Assembly (NCBI RefSeq): GCF_988243305.1
Contig: NZ_OZ547136.1
Strand: one strand, 5' to 3'
Length of the DNA: 64,000 nt
Both the position numbers and the translations under genes were made by a program. This document shows positions 43,018 through 54,463 of this stretch, piece by piece. Numbering within the stretch: the first letter of the stretch is position 1; each line of letters begins with the position of its first letter. The notes beneath the pieces were generated by a model, which did no database searches, was not told where the DNA came from, and worked only from the letters and a program-made list of their open reading frames with translations.

Positions 43018-43560
43018 ATGAAATTAAGATTTATTTCGTCTGCGCTGGCCGCCGCACTATTCGCCGCTACGGGTAGTTATGCTGCCGTTGTAGATGGCGG
43101 TACAATTCACTTTGAAGGCGAACTGGTGAATGCTGCCTGTTCAGTGAATACTGACTCGGCAGACCAGGTTGTCACACTCGGTCAATATCGTACCGATATT
43201 TTCAATGCTGTTGGTAATACCTCTGCATTAATTCCATTCACTATACAGTTGAACGACTGCGATCCTGTCGTTGCCGCTAATGCTGCCGTTGCATTTTCTG
43301 GTCAGGCGGATGCAATCAATGATAATTTATTGGCCATTGCATCCAGTACTAATACAACAACAGCAACGGGTGTCGGTATTGAAATACTTGATAATACATC
43401 CGCAATTCTCAAACCTGATGGGAATAGCTTCTCAACCAACCAGAACTTGATCCCCGGGACCAACGTTCTTCATTTTTCTGCACGTTATAAAGGCACCGGT
43501 ACAAGTGCATCAGCAGGGCAAGCAAATGCTGACGCGACTTTTATTATGAGATACGAATAA
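43018..43560 (+). CDS. sfmA: type 1-like fimbrial major subunit
   Basis: Start at [12 protein letters not shown]; FimA-like; heads the chaperone-usher operon. Confidence 0.85.
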   Translation: MKLRFISSALAAALFAATGSYAAVVDGGTIHFEGELVNAACSVNTDSADQVVTLGQYRTDIFNAVGNTSALIPFTIQLNDCDPVVAANAAVAFSGQADAINDNLLAIASSTNTTTATGVGIEILDNTSAILKPDGNSFSTNQNLIPGTNVLHFSARYKGTGTSASAGQANADATFIMRYE

Positions 43561-43778
43561 TCAAAACCACGTTGTTTTGAATTATATATCACGTCTTATA
43601 ACAAAGTAATGTACCGGTTGTCTGAAGCGGTATGGTGGCAATGTAAATCGAAATCACGTTCACTTTGTATCATGCCGCTTTATTAAATGAAAAGGGAATG
43701 ATGTGTGTAAGAAACCAAAGCAATCATTTCTTTATACTCCTTATTTTTGCCGTCAGGAATACACAAGGCGTATTAACT

Positions 43779-44471
43779 ATGATGACTAAAATAAAGTTAT
43801 TGATGCTCATTATATTTTATTTAATCATTTCGACCAGCGCCCATGCTGGCGGAGGGATCGCATTAGGTGCCACGCGTATTATTTATCCCGCTGATGCTAA
43901 ACAGACTGCGGTATGGATTAGAAATAGCCATACCAATGAGCGCTTTCTGGTCAATTCGTGGATTGAAAACAGCAGCGGTGTAAAAGAAAAGTCATTCATC
44001 ATTACACCGCCACTGTTTGTTAGTGAACCCAAAAGCGAAAATACTTTGCGTATTATTTACACCGGTCCACCGCTGGCGGCAGATCGTGAGTCTCTGTTCT
44101 GGATGAATGTTAAGACGATCCCTTCGGTAGATAAAAATGCATTGAACGGCAGGAATGTTTTGCAACTGGCGATTTTATCGCGCATGAAATTATTTCTCCG
44201 TCCAATTCAATTACAAGAATTACCCGCAGAAGCGCCGGACACACTCAAGTTTTCGCGATCCGGTAACTATATCAATGTTCATAATCCATCACCTTTTTAT
44301 GTCACCCTGGTTAACCTGCAAGTGGGCAGCCAAAAACTGGGGAATGCTATGGCTGCACCCAGAGTTAATTCACAAATTCCCTTACCCTCCGGAGTGCAGG
44401 GAAAGCTGAAATTTCAGACCGTTAATGATTATGGTTCAGTAACCCCGGTCAGAGAAGTGAACTTAAACTAA
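43779..44471 (+). CDS. sfmC: fimbrial periplasmic chaperone
   Basis: PapD/FimC-like; start at MMTKIKLL (230 aa). Confidence 0.85.
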   Translation: MMTKIKLLMLIIFYLIISTSAHAGGGIALGATRIIYPADAKQTAVWIRNSHTNERFLVNSWIENSSGVKEKSFIITPPLFVSEPKSENTLRIIYTGPPLAADRESLFWMNVKTIPSVDKNALNGRNVLQLAILSRMKLFLRPIQLQELPAEAPDTLKFSRSGNYINVHNPSPFYVTLVNLQVGSQKLGNAMAAPRVNSQIPLPSGVQGKLKFQTVNDYGSVTPVREVNLN

Positions 44472-44501
44472 CCGAATCATCTGACAATATCAGAGCTAAT
44501 T

Positions 44502-47111
44502 ATGAAAATACCCACTACTACGGATATTCCGCAGAGGTATACCTGGTGTCTGGCCGGAATTTGTTATTCATCTCTTGCCATTTTACCCTCCTTTTTAAGC
44601 TATGCGGAAAGTTATTTCAACCCGGCATTTTTATTAGAGAATGGCACATCCGTTGCTGATTTATCGCGCTTTGAGAGAGGTAATCATCAACCTGCGGGCG
44701 TGTATCGGGTGGATCTCTGGCGTAATGATGAGTTCATTGGTTCACAGGATATCGTATTTGAATCGACGACAGTAAATACAGGTGATAAATCAGGTGGGTT
44801 AATGCCTTGTTTTAACCAGGCACTCCTTGAACGAATTGGCCTTAATAGCAGTGCATTCCCCGAGTTAGCCCAGCAGCAAAATAATAAATGCATTAATTTA
44901 CTGAAAGCTGTACCTGATGCCACAATTAACTTTGATTTTGCAGCGATGCGCCTGAACATCACTATTCCTCAGATAGCGTTGTTGAGTAGCGCTCACGGTT
45001 ATATTCCGCCTGAAGAGTGGGATGAAGGTATTCCTGCTTTACTCCTGAATTATAATTTCACCGGTAACAGAGGTAATGGTAACGATAGCTATTTTTTTAG
45101 TGAACTCAGCGGGATTAATATTGGCCCGTGGCGTTTACGCAACAATGGTTCCTGGAATTATTTTCGCGGAAATGGATATCATTCAGAACAGTGGAATAAT
45201 ATTGGCACCTGGGTACAGCGCGCCATTATTCCGCTGAAAAGTGAACTGGTAATGGGAGACGGTAATACAGGGAGTGATATTTTCGATGGCGTTGGATTTC
45301 GTGGTGTACGGCTTTATTCTTCCGATAATATGTATCCTGATAGCCAGCAGGGGTTTGCTCCAACGGTACGTGGGATTGCCCGTACGGCGGCCCAGCTAAC
45401 GATTCGGCAAAATGGTTTTATTATCTATCAAAGCTATGTTTCCCCCGGCGCTTTTGAAATTACAGATTTACACCCGACATCTTCAAATGGCGATCTGGAC
45501 GTCACCATCGACGAGCGCGATGGTAATCAGCAGAATTACACTATTCCGTATTCAACAGTGCCAATTTTACAACGCGAAGGGCGTTTCAAATTTGACCTGA
45601 CGGCGGGTGATTTTCGTAGCGGTAATAGTCAGCAATCGTCGCCTTTCTTTTTTCAGGGCACGGCACTCGGCGGTTTACCACAGGAATTTACTGCCTACGG
45701 CGGGACGCAATTATCTGCAAATTACACCGCCTTTTTGTTAGGGTTGGGGCGCAACCTCGGGAACTGGGGCGCAGTGTCGCTGGATGTAACGCATGCGCGC
45801 AGTCAGTTAGCCGACGACAGTCGTCATGAGGGGGATTCCATTCGCTTCCTCTATGCGAAATCAATGAACACTTTCGGCACCAATTTTCAGTTAATGGGTT
45901 ACCGCTATTCGACACAAGGTTTTTATACCCTTGATGATGTTGCGTATCGTCGAATGGAGGGGTACGAATATGATTACGATTATGACGGTGAGCATCGCGA
46001 TGAACCGATAATCGTGAATTACCACAATTTACGCTTTAGCCGTAAAGACCGTTTGCAGTTAAATATTTCACAATCACTTAATGACTTTGGCTCGCTTTAT
46101 ATCTCTGGTACCCATCAAAAATACTGGAATACTTCGGATTCAGATACCTGGTATCAGGTGGGGTATACCAGCAGCTGGGTTGGCATCAGTTATTCACTCT
46201 CATTTTCGTGGAATGAATCTGTAGGGATCCCCGATAACGAACGTATTGTCGGACTTAATGTTTCAGTGCCTTTCAATGTTCTGACCAAACGTCGCTACAC
46301 CCGGGAAAATGCGCTCGACCGCGCTTATGCCTCCTTTAACGCCAACCGTAACAGCAACGGGCAAAATAGCTGGCTGGCAGGCGTTGGTGGGACCTTACTG
46401 GAAGGCCACAACCTGAGTTATCACGTAAGCCAGGGCGATACCTCGAATAATGGGTATACGGGCAGCGCCACGGCAAACTGGCAGGCCGCTTACGGTACGC
46501 TGGGGGTCGGGTATAACTACGACCGCGATCAACATGACGTTAACTGGCAGCTGTCTGGCGGTGTGGTCGGGCATGAAAATGGTATAACGCTGAGCCAGCC
46601 TTTAGGGGATACCAATGTTTTGATTAAAGCGCCTGGCGCAGGCGGTGTACGCATTGAAAATCAAACTGGCATTTTAACCGACTGGCGCGGCTATGCGGTG
46701 ATGCCGTATGCCACGGTTTATCGGTATAACCGTATCGCGCTTGATACCAATACGATGGGGAATTCCATCGATGTTGAAAAAAATATTAGCAGCGTTGTGC
46801 CGACGCAAGGCGCGTTGGTTCGTGCCAATTTTGATACCCGCATAGGCGTGCGGGCGCTCATTACCGTTACCCAGGGCGGAAAACCGGTGCCGTTTGGATC
46901 ACTGGTACGGGAAAACAGTACCGGAATAACCAGTATGGTGGGTGATGACGGGCAAGTTTATTTAAGCGGTGCGCCATTGTCTGGTGAATTACTGGTTCAG
47001 TGGGGAGACGGCGCGAACTCACGCTGCATTGCGCACTATGTATTGCCGAAGCAAAGCTTACAGCAAGCCGTCACTGTTATTTCGGCAGTTTGCACACATT
47101 CTGGCTCATAA
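44502..47111 (+). CDS. sfmD: fimbrial outer membrane usher
   Basis: 869-aa usher-family ORF. Confidence 0.9.
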   Translation: MKIPTTTDIPQRYTWCLAGICYSSLAILPSFLSYAESYFNPAFLLENGTSVADLSRFERGNHQPAGVYRVDLWRNDEFIGSQDIVFESTTVNTGDKSGGLMPCFNQALLERIGLNSSAFPELAQQQNNKCINLLKAVPDATINFDFAAMRLNITIPQIALLSSAHGYIPPEEWDEGIPALLLNYNFTGNRGNGNDSYFFSELSGINIGPWRLRNNGSWNYFRGNGYHSEQWNNIGTWVQRAIIPLKSELVMGDGNTGSDIFDGVGFRGVRLYSSDNMYPDSQQGFAPTVRGIARTAAQLTIRQNGFIIYQSYVSPGAFEITDLHPTSSNGDLDVTIDERDGNQQNYTIPYSTVPILQREGRFKFDLTAGDFRSGNSQQSSPFFFQGTALGGLPQEFTAYGGTQLSANYTAFLLGLGRNLGNWGAVSLDVTHARSQLADDSRHEGDSIRFLYAKSMNTFGTNFQLMGYRYSTQGFYTLDDVAYRRMEGYEYDYDYDGEHRDEPIIVNYHNLRFSRKDRLQLNISQSLNDFGSLYISGTHQKYWNTSDSDTWYQVGYTSSWVGISYSLSFSWNESVGIPDNERIVGLNVSVPFNVLTKRRYTRENALDRAYASFNANRNSNGQNSWLAGVGGTLLEGHNLSYHVSQGDTSNNGYTGSATANWQAAYGTLGVGYNYDRDQHDVNWQLSGGVVGHENGITLSQPLGDTNVLIKAPGAGGVRIENQTGILTDWRGYAVMPYATVYRYNRIALDTNTMGNSIDVEKNISSVVPTQGALVRANFDTRIGVRALITVTQGGKPVPFGSLVRENSTGITSMVGDDGQVYLSGAPLSGELLVQWGDGANSRCIAHYVLPKQSLQQAVTVISAVCTHSGS

Positions 47112-47123
47112 AGGAAATTATCA

Positions 47124-48131
47124 ATGAAGATAATCTGCAGATTATTATTGGCAATGGCATGTTTGTGTCTGGCAAACATATCCTGGGCTACTGTTTGTGC
47201 AAATAGTACTGGCGTAGCAGAAGATGAACACTATGATCTCTCAAATGTCTTTAATAGCACCAATAACCAGCCAGGGCAGATTGTTGTTTTACCGGAAAAA
47301 TCCGGCTGGGTAGGTGTGTCAGCAATTTGTCCACCCGGCACGCTGGTGAATTATACATACCGTAGTTATGTCACCAACTTTATTGTTCAGGAAACTATCG
47401 ATAATTATAAATATATGCAATTAAATGATTATCTATTAGGTGCGATGAGTCTGGTTGATAGCGTGATGGATATTCAATTCCCTCCGCAAAATTATATTCG
47501 TATGGGAACAGATCCTAACGTTTCGCAAAACCTTCCGTTCGGGGTGATGGATTCTCGTTTGATATTTCGTTTAAAGGTTATTCGTCCCTTTATTAACATG
47601 GTGGAGATCCCCAGACAGGTGATGTTTACCGTGTATGTGACATCAACGCCTAACGATCCGTTGGTTACACCTGTTTATACCATTAGTTTTGGTGGCCGGG
47701 TTGAAGTACCGCAAAACTGCGAATTAAATGCCGGGCAAATTGTTGAATTTGATTTTGGTGATATCGGCGCATCGTTATTTAGTGCGGCAGGGCCGGGGAA
47801 TCGACCAGCTGGTGTCATGCCGCAAACCAAGAGCATTGCGATCAAATGTACGAATGTTGCTGCGCAGGCTTATTTAACAATGCGTCTGGAAGCCAGTGCC
47901 GTTTCTGGTCAGGCGATGGTGTCGGACAATCAGGATTTAGGTTTTATTGTGGCCGATCAGAACGATACGCCGATCACGCCTAACGATCTCAATAGCGTTA
48001 TTCCTTTCCGTCTGGATGCAGCTGCGGCAGCCAATGTCACACTTCGCGCCTGGCCTATCAGTATTACCGGTCAAAAACCGACCGAAGGGCCGTTTAGCGC
48101 GCTGGGGTATTTACGCGTCGATTATCAATGA
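47124..48131 (+). CDS. sfmH: fimbrial adhesin-like subunit
   Basis: 335-aa ORF; synteny. Confidence 0.8.
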   Translation: MKIICRLLLAMACLCLANISWATVCANSTGVAEDEHYDLSNVFNSTNNQPGQIVVLPEKSGWVGVSAICPPGTLVNYTYRSYVTNFIVQETIDNYKYMQLNDYLLGAMSLVDSVMDIQFPPQNYIRMGTDPNVSQNLPFGVMDSRLIFRLKVIRPFINMVEIPRQVMFTVYVTSTPNDPLVTPVYTISFGGRVEVPQNCELNAGQIVEFDFGDIGASLFSAAGPGNRPAGVMPQTKSIAIKCTNVAAQAYLTMRLEASAVSGQAMVSDNQDLGFIVADQNDTPITPNDLNSVIPFRLDAAAAANVTLRAWPISITGQKPTEGPFSALGYLRVDYQ

Positions 48132-48141
48132 GGTACGGAGA

Positions 48142-48657
48142 ATGAGAAGAGTACTCTTTAGCTGTTTCTGCGGGCTACTGTGGAGTTCCAGTGGATGGGC
48201 AGTTGACCCTTTAGGAACGATTAATATCAATTTGCACGGTAACGTTGTTGATTTCTCCTGTACCGTAAACACAGCGGATAAGGATAAGACGGTAGATTTA
48301 GGCAGATGGCCTACGACACAATTACTGAGCGCTGGCGATACCACGGCACTCGTCCCTTTTAGCCTGCGGCTGGAGGGATGTCCTCCGGGTTCAGTTGCGA
48401 TTTTATTTACGGGAACGCCGGCATCTGATGCCAACCTGCTGGCTCTGGATGATCCCGCAATGGCACAAACCGTCGCCATCGAATTACGTAATAGCGATCG
48501 CTCCCGGCTCGCACTGGGGGAGGCGAGCCCGACTGAGGAAGTAGATGCAAATGGCAATGTCACACTAAACTTTTTTGCCAATTATCGAGCGTTAGCCAGC
48601 GGTGTTCAGCCAGGTGTGGCGAAAGCGGATGCGATATTTATGATCAATTATAATTAA
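48142..48657 (+). CDS. sfmF: fimbrial minor subunit
   Basis: Start at MRRVLFSCFCGLL (171 aa). Confidence 0.8.
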   Translation: MRRVLFSCFCGLLWSSSGWAVDPLGTININLHGNVVDFSCTVNTADKDKTVDLGRWPTTQLLSAGDTTALVPFSLRLEGCPPGSVAILFTGTPASDANLLALDDPAMAQTVAIELRNSDRSRLALGEASPTEEVDANGNVTLNFFANYRALASGVQPGVAKADAIFMINYN

Positions 48658-48659
48658 TA

Positions 48660-49292
48660 TTATATTAATTCATATAATTTGGCATAGTCGATAAGCTCTA
48701 CAATTGAATGCAAACCTAGCTTGCCATAAATATTAGATTTATGCGCACTAACTGTTTTATTGCTAAGTAATAACTTATCGGCAATTTCTTTATTAGATAA
48801 TCCGCTAACCAGATAACGTAATATGGTTACTTCACGATTAGATAGCACAGTGACCGTTGAACTATTCGTACTACATTTATTGCTTTTTATATAGTTGAGC
48901 GTTTCGCTGGGAAAAAAAGTGTATCCGGAGAGGATCATCTGAACGGCATGAAAAATATCATTCTGATCATTGCATTTACTGACAAAACCGTTAGCACCAG
49001 CTTGTATCGCTCTGCCAGCATAAAAGCATTCTGATTTCGATGATAAAAATAATACTTTCACTGTACTCTGAATTTGTTTGATCCTTTTCAGGAAGGTAAA
49101 ACCGTCTGTACCGGGCAAGTCTATATCCATAATGATTAAATCAACAGGACGGGTTCGGAGATAATCGATGGTTATGCGGTAATCATCCGTTTTCAGGACA
49201 ATCTGCAATTCACTGTTTTTTTGCAACAGAACTTCAATAGACATTCTGATGATAGGATGAGTATCCATAATGATCACCGACGTTGGTTTCAT
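48660..49292 (-). CDS. fimZ: LuxR-family response regulator FimZ
   Basis: Receiver domain plus LuxR HTH; start at MKPTSVIIMD (210 aa). Confidence 0.85.
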   Translation of the reverse strand: MKPTSVIIMDTHPIIRMSIEVLLQKNSELQIVLKTDDYRITIDYLRTRPVDLIIMDIDLPGTDGFTFLKRIKQIQSTVKVLFLSSKSECFYAGRAIQAGANGFVSKCNDQNDIFHAVQMILSGYTFFPSETLNYIKSNKCSTNSSTVTVLSNREVTILRYLVSGLSNKEIADKLLLSNKTVSAHKSNIYGKLGLHSIVELIDYAKLYELI

Positions 49293-49533
49293 AGTTACCA
49301 GTCTCATTGGATCGGACAATTTTCCGTTAGGGCGGTAAATTGTACTTGATACATGAAAATACGGGTTTTCTTGATTCAGACGCGCAGCGGTGTGCGTTTG
49401 TTTGCCGCTATAACGAAATAAATCAGAAAATCAGACGCGGTCGTTCACTTGTTCAGCAACCAGATCAAAAGCCATTGACTCAGCAAGGGTTGACCGTATA
49501 ATTCACGCGATTACACCGCATTGCGGTATCAAC

Positions 49534-49610
49534 GCGCCCTTAGCTCAGTTGGATAGAGCAACGACCTTCTAAGTCGTGGGCCGCAGGTTCGAATCCTGCA
49601 GGGCGCGCCA
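49534..49610 (+). tRNA. argU: tRNA-Arg (anticodon UCU)
   Basis: 77-nt cloverleaf GCGCCCTTAGCTCAGTTGGATAGAGC...GGTTCGAATCCTGCAGGGCGCGCCA with CU-UCU-AA anticodon loop. Confidence 0.95.
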
Positions 49611-49655
49611 TTTCTTCTTCATTTATCCCCGTCTTATCCGTTTCCGCTTTGCCCT

Positions 49656-50417
49656 TCACCACATCACTTTTTGTCGCTGTTTGGCGAGATAATTCAACGG
49701 TGTCAGGCCGTAAAACGCCTTAAAAACAGAGATAAAGTACGACGTGCTGCTATAGCCACATAATTGCGCTACCTGAGTGATATTTTTGTTATCCATCAAT
49801 AACATCTGTACGGCGTAACGCATACGACACTCTGTGACAATCTGGCTATAGCTGGTATTTTCGTTTTTTAATTTCTTTTTGAGCAGGCTGGGGCTTAAGC
49901 ATAGCGAACTGGCGACAATTCGCAGATTCCAGTAATGCTGAATATCGCTTTGAATAATGCGGCAGACGCTGTCGCGGACGCTGCTGCGTAAGATATACAT
50001 CAGTAGGGCAATAAACCGCGATTGCTCAAGAAAGTTAGACAATACGGTAAAAAGCAATGCGCGCGTCAACTCCGCTTCGCAGGGTTTGCTGGGTTGCTGC
50101 TTGCTGTGGTTGGCGGCTAGCCGGAACACTTCCGGTGTACGGCTATGACAAGCGATAACCGGGGTAGCCAGCCGCGACCAGGGCTTTACGCAGGTTAAGT
50201 TCTTATTTAAAAACAACAGATAATCGTTGATGATGTTGCGGTTGATGTGGGTGATTAATACGTGATTTAACGTTGAGAGTTCAATGACGTTATTGTTGCA
50301 CGCGAAGGCGGCCAGGTAATTTTTCGGAAGGGTAAACGTGGCATGGTTATTGACGCTTACCTCTACCTCTTTTTCGGTCAGGATCACCACGCAAGGTTCA
50401 CTGCTGCTCAATTGCAT
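49656..50417 (-). CDS. envY: AraC-family transcriptional regulator EnvY
   Basis: 253-aa ORF with C-terminal AraC HTH. Confidence 0.8.
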   Translation of the reverse strand: MQLSSSEPCVVILTEKEVEVSVNNHATFTLPKNYLAAFACNNNVIELSTLNHVLITHINRNIINDYLLFLNKNLTCVKPWSRLATPVIACHSRTPEVFRLAANHSKQQPSKPCEAELTRALLFTVLSNFLEQSRFIALLMYILRSSVRDSVCRIIQSDIQHYWNLRIVASSLCLSPSLLKKKLKNENTSYSQIVTECRMRYAVQMLLMDNKNITQVAQLCGYSSTSYFISVFKAFYGLTPLNYLAKQRQKVMW

Positions 50418-50599
50418 TTCGCACTCCTCAGATATCAGAAACTCCGCTCAAAGGATCTATGCTTCCTGCATGAGTGATCGGCCCGTTCGCCGATAACGAT
50501 CTTCTTTCTTTAGCACACTTTTTAGCAATTAATCTTGATGGAATTCTGACGAGAGCGAAAGAGGTAAGCCAGGTCGTACCCGACTTACCTGGAGGAGAT

Positions 50600-51490
50600 T
50601 TAATACTCGAGAATGCCGTGCGCGACGGGCAAATAGCGCAGAGAGAAATAGAGCGTGTCTTTACCGCAAGAGGAACGTTTCGCTAACAGCGAGGCAATTT
50701 CTGCGTCCGGTTTCGGTTTCGCTGTAAAGGTTTTGCCTTTGCCGGCGACAAACAGTTCATAAACAATGCCGCTTGCTGGGGCGGAGCTTTGGCAATCGGC
50801 GCTGGCCTGTAGATAACGTTCACGCTGTTCAGCGGTCAGTTTATCCACGCCGCTGCCATCCTGTACCCAGACATTAACGCCGGTTGCTTTAACGTGTTCC
50901 AGCAGTTGGCGATAGCCATCGGGCGACATGTTTCCGGCGAAAAAACTACTGATATAAACCGGTTTTGCTGAAACATCGCTAATCAACCGCTGCGCGTTGT
51001 TTAACCATGTTAGCAAAGGCTGACGGGCGGCTTCGCTGCGCCAGTTCAGGTCGTCAATTTCCGCGCTGATGTACCAGCCATCCGGCGTTACGCCAGGTAC
51101 GGCGCTCCATAATCTGGCTTGCTGGAGATCGGCAGCCAGCAGGCGGTTAAGATAGCTTTCCAGCGCTGCAGACGACTGTTTCTGGTGCATAAAAAATTCC
51201 GGATCGGCATTCAGCCCGACAATCAGCTTCAGGCCAGCCTGTTGCGCAGCTGCTGCACGCTTAAACAATAACGCGCGCTGTTCTGGCTGGGTGAATGCAT
51301 CGCCGTAACGAGTCCATTGCAAAACCAGGGTATCGAAGCCTTGCAAACGTAACTGACTCATCAGCCCCTGCCACTGGGTATCGGTAACCTGACTATCACG
51401 GTTTTGTGGTTGCCAGATAATACCTTTCATCGCAAAGGAAAAAGGGCTGACCAAAAGCAGTGTCAGCAATACGAAAATGAACTTACGCAT
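50600..51490 (-). CDS. ybcH: YbcH (secreted protein of unknown function)
   Basis: 296-aa ORF with signal peptide; 1-bp gap to nfrA start. Confidence 0.8.
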   Translation of the reverse strand: MRKFIFVLLTLLLVSPFSFAMKGIIWQPQNRDSQVTDTQWQGLMSQLRLQGFDTLVLQWTRYGDAFTQPEQRALLFKRAAAAQQAGLKLIVGLNADPEFFMHQKQSSAALESYLNRLLAADLQQARLWSAVPGVTPDGWYISAEIDDLNWRSEAARQPLLTWLNNAQRLISDVSAKPVYISSFFAGNMSPDGYRQLLEHVKATGVNVWVQDGSGVDKLTAEQRERYLQASADCQSSAPASGIVYELFVAGKGKTFTAKPKPDAEIASLLAKRSSCGKDTLYFSLRYLPVAHGILEY

Positions 51491-54463
51491 TTACCAGTGC
51501 ACTCCAATGGTGAGAAACGCATTGTTGCGCTCTCCGTTACGTTGATTAATCGCCTTAAAGGTATGTTGATACTCGACGCCGAGACTGACTTTGTGCGGCC
51601 AGGCGTCGTAGTGCGTCTCGCCGGTCCAGATATTCCAGCGGACCCCGACACCGCCAAGCTGCGCGCCCTGAGTGCCTTTATCACGATAGCCGTTGTCCTG
51701 AACGTGAGCGTAAGGCTCAATAGTCTGTCCGTTAGCTACCTTCTGATGCCAGCTGACGCGATAATCTGCCGTCCACGCCTGAATATCCTGGCGGATATAT
51801 TGCGCTGCATCGAGGTACAGGTTTTGGGCAAACCAGCCTGAACCGTTCGGGTGCCATTCGTCGCTGTATTTGCCGCCATTAAAGAATGAGGCGCTGGCGC
51901 GCAGCATGGTATCGGATGCGCCATTTTGCCCGTTCAGCGGCAACTGCTGTTCGACGGCGAGGAAAAAGATCTGATCGCGCAGCGGCTTCCAGCGCAGACC
52001 GGTGCCGGACATCGGATTTTTCACCGGCATCATCACCCCGTTTTCTCCAGTATCGGCAAATACACGGCTGTAAACCGAGAGCAGGTCGCCTTCCAGCAGC
52101 ATATTGCGTCCGATGCGGTACTCGGCTTCCAGTTGCCCGTAGCTACGATAGCTTTTCCCTGGCGCTGCGCCGCCGACATTATTGTTAGCGGTACTCATTG
52201 CGCCGGAACGCAAGCCGATAGAAGAATCGAAACTGAACGTCCAGCGGCGACCGACCTCCTCATGCAGACGGCGGAAATTGAAGCGTTGCTGATTTTGCTC
52301 TGGGGTCAGTGGGGTTATCAGCGCCTGATTATCAATGTCATCAATCACCAGCCGGGCGTAGTGCTGCGTCGCAGGCATGTCATCCAGACGCTGGTTCACG
52401 TAGGCCAGTTGTCGGATAAGTGCCGGATCGTCCGGTAGCCCTTTATGCGCCTGTTCGAGCATTTCCCGCGACTGTGCGATATCACCGCTATCCCACAAGG
52501 CGTAACCGAGCGCTGCCTGGGTGTTGCTATTATTCGGTTCCAGTTCCAGCGCGGCGCGCAAATCACTCACCGCCGCCGGGACATTATGACGTTGGCGATA
52601 AATTGTCGCCCGCGCAACGTAAGCGTTGGCAGAAGGCGCAATATTGATTGAGCGCGTGAGATCGTTCAGTGCGAGTTCCGGCTGACCAGGAATGTAACGT
52701 TGCGCATGCAGCCACCAGTAGAGGGCATTGTTTCCCAGCCCACGTTGTTCTGCCTGCTGAAGCCAGCGATCGCGAGCCGCACCATTTCCTGCCGCCTGGG
52801 CGGTATTGGCAGCAGCAAGCAGATCCTCATTGCTCATGTCGTGAAGACTGATTTTCTGCCAGGCCGCCAGTGCGGTGGCGTAGTCCTCAACCTGATACGC
52901 CTGATAGGCTACCGCACGATGTTGCCAGGCGTTCGGTTGTCGTTGTTCGGCCTGAAGCCATGCATACAACGCCACACCGGGTAGCGTGTCCCGATAACAC
53001 TTTGCCAGACGGTTCCAGGCGGCGGCATCGTAGGAAGGCGACATATCGCCCAGCAAGCGAACTATAGCCGGGCAATTATCTGCAATACCCGGCAACTGAC
53101 TTTGCCACTGACGTTGCTCCGCCAGCGGTAAGGGTTTCGATAAAATCGCCACCTTCGCCGGCGTTGCCAGGTAAGGATGACTTTCCAGCAGAGACGCCAG
53201 TCGCGCCATTAACGTCTGGCTGACACGCGCATCGCCCTGGAAAGGATAGCGTTGCAGCAATAAATCGGCAGCTTCGCGTGACTGCTCGTTCTGCATCAGT
53301 TGCCAGGTCAGTTGATCCAGGCGGGTAAGATTTGCCGGTTCTTGCTGATACAGCAATCGTGCCAGACGCAGAGCTTCAGCCTTGTTATGGGTCGCTACGC
53401 TAACGGTATAACGCTCCTCAAGCATTTCATTGGCGGGGAGGGTGGCGAGCAGTTTTTGCGCTGCGTCGTACTGACCTTCTTTTAACAGCACCGGTAGCGT
53501 CGCGCCAACAACATACTGGCGGTTATCGGCAAACTGTACCGTATAATTCGCCAACGCCTGAACGGGGTTGGCGCTGTATTTAGATATCAGATAGAGCCAA
53601 CTTTTCTCTTGTGCGTCCGTGGTAAACAGCGGCTTATTTTCAATGAGATAATGCTGGAGGCGCGCTTTTTCGCCACGATAAGCCAGCGCGGTCGCGTAAG
53701 TAATATATGACTGAGGATCGGTGAAGATCCCCTGTGATTGCAGCGCCAGGATCCGATCGTCCAGCTGCCCGGCAAGAAGCACATCAAACCACTGGCGGCG
53801 TTCTGCCGCGCTTAATGTGTTCTGCTGGCGTGCTTCATTGTATAGCGTATCTGCCTGGGACCATTGCTTCAGGTAGATTGCCCGTTGCAGCAGATCGGTT
53901 CGCAGCGTTTTTCCTTCCGGCGATGCAGCAAACGTCGCATCGTTCAGTTGCGCTCTGGCGACAGGTAATTGTGCCAGCCGCAGGGCATTCTGCCCAACTT
54001 CACTGCGACAACGCAGGGTCGGCGCAGCATCGCACGCTTTTTGCTGGGCCAGCAGTTCTTCAACAGTCGTAACGCTTTTCACTTCAACTGGAATAGCCGC
54101 CAGACTGCGCTCAAGTCGGGCATCTCCTGGGTGACGTTTCAGTTGATCCTCAAGCAACAGCCGCGCCCGGTCATCATGACCAAAATGGCGATAGGCTTCC
54201 GCAAGGTATAAAGTCAGCGGAATATTATCCGGCACCTGTTGGTGTATATATTCAAATTCGCGGATGGCGGTTGCTTCGTCGTTATTTTTCTGTGCCTTCA
54301 GCGCCTTGTCGAGACGGGGATAAATAACAAAATGGCGATAATCGCTCAGCCCCAGCTCTTCTGCGCTGGTGCCGATATTGTCTGCGAGTGCGCTGGTACT
54401 CAATAAAGACGTCAGCAGTAAACCAGACCATCCGATGACGCGATTAAGGTTATTCTCCTTCAT
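51491..54463 (-). CDS. nfrA: TPR-containing outer membrane protein NfrA (phage N4 adsorption)
   Basis: Start at MKENNLNRVIGWSG (990 aa), ORF extends to 54484; signal peptide, TPR repeats. Confidence 0.85.
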   Translation of the reverse strand: MKENNLNRVIGWSGLLLTSLLSTSALADNIGTSAEELGLSDYRHFVIYPRLDKALKAQKNNDEATAIREFEYIHQQVPDNIPLTLYLAEAYRHFGHDDRARLLLEDQLKRHPGDARLERSLAAIPVEVKSVTTVEELLAQQKACDAAPTLRCRSEVGQNALRLAQLPVARAQLNDATFAASPEGKTLRTDLLQRAIYLKQWSQADTLYNEARQQNTLSAAERRQWFDVLLAGQLDDRILALQSQGIFTDPQSYITYATALAYRGEKARLQHYLIENKPLFTTDAQEKSWLYLISKYSANPVQALANYTVQFADNRQYVVGATLPVLLKEGQYDAAQKLLATLPANEMLEERYTVSVATHNKAEALRLARLLYQQEPANLTRLDQLTWQLMQNEQSREAADLLLQRYPFQGDARVSQTLMARLASLLESHPYLATPAKVAILSKPLPLAEQRQWQSQLPGIADNCPAIVRLLGDMSPSYDAAAWNRLAKCYRDTLPGVALYAWLQAEQRQPNAWQHRAVAYQAYQVEDYATALAAWQKISLHDMSNEDLLAAANTAQAAGNGAARDRWLQQAEQRGLGNNALYWWLHAQRYIPGQPELALNDLTRSINIAPSANAYVARATIYRQRHNVPAAVSDLRAALELEPNNSNTQAALGYALWDSGDIAQSREMLEQAHKGLPDDPALIRQLAYVNQRLDDMPATQHYARLVIDDIDNQALITPLTPEQNQQRFNFRRLHEEVGRRWTFSFDSSIGLRSGAMSTANNNVGGAAPGKSYRSYGQLEAEYRIGRNMLLEGDLLSVYSRVFADTGENGVMMPVKNPMSGTGLRWKPLRDQIFFLAVEQQLPLNGQNGASDTMLRASASFFNGGKYSDEWHPNGSGWFAQNLYLDAAQYIRQDIQAWTADYRVSWHQKVANGQTIEPYAHVQDNGYRDKGTQGAQLGGVGVRWNIWTGETHYDAWPHKVSLGVEYQHTFKAINQRNGERNNAFLTIGVHW

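Noticed and set aside
49611-49655. Prophage or integrase remnant at argU
   Set aside because: Only 45 bp separate the tRNA from envY and no int-like ORF exists on either side; interpreted as an unoccupied site.
50474-50686. 70-aa ORF between envY and ybcH
   Set aside because: Overlaps the 3' end of ybcH on the opposite strand and has no recognisable features; likely non-coding.
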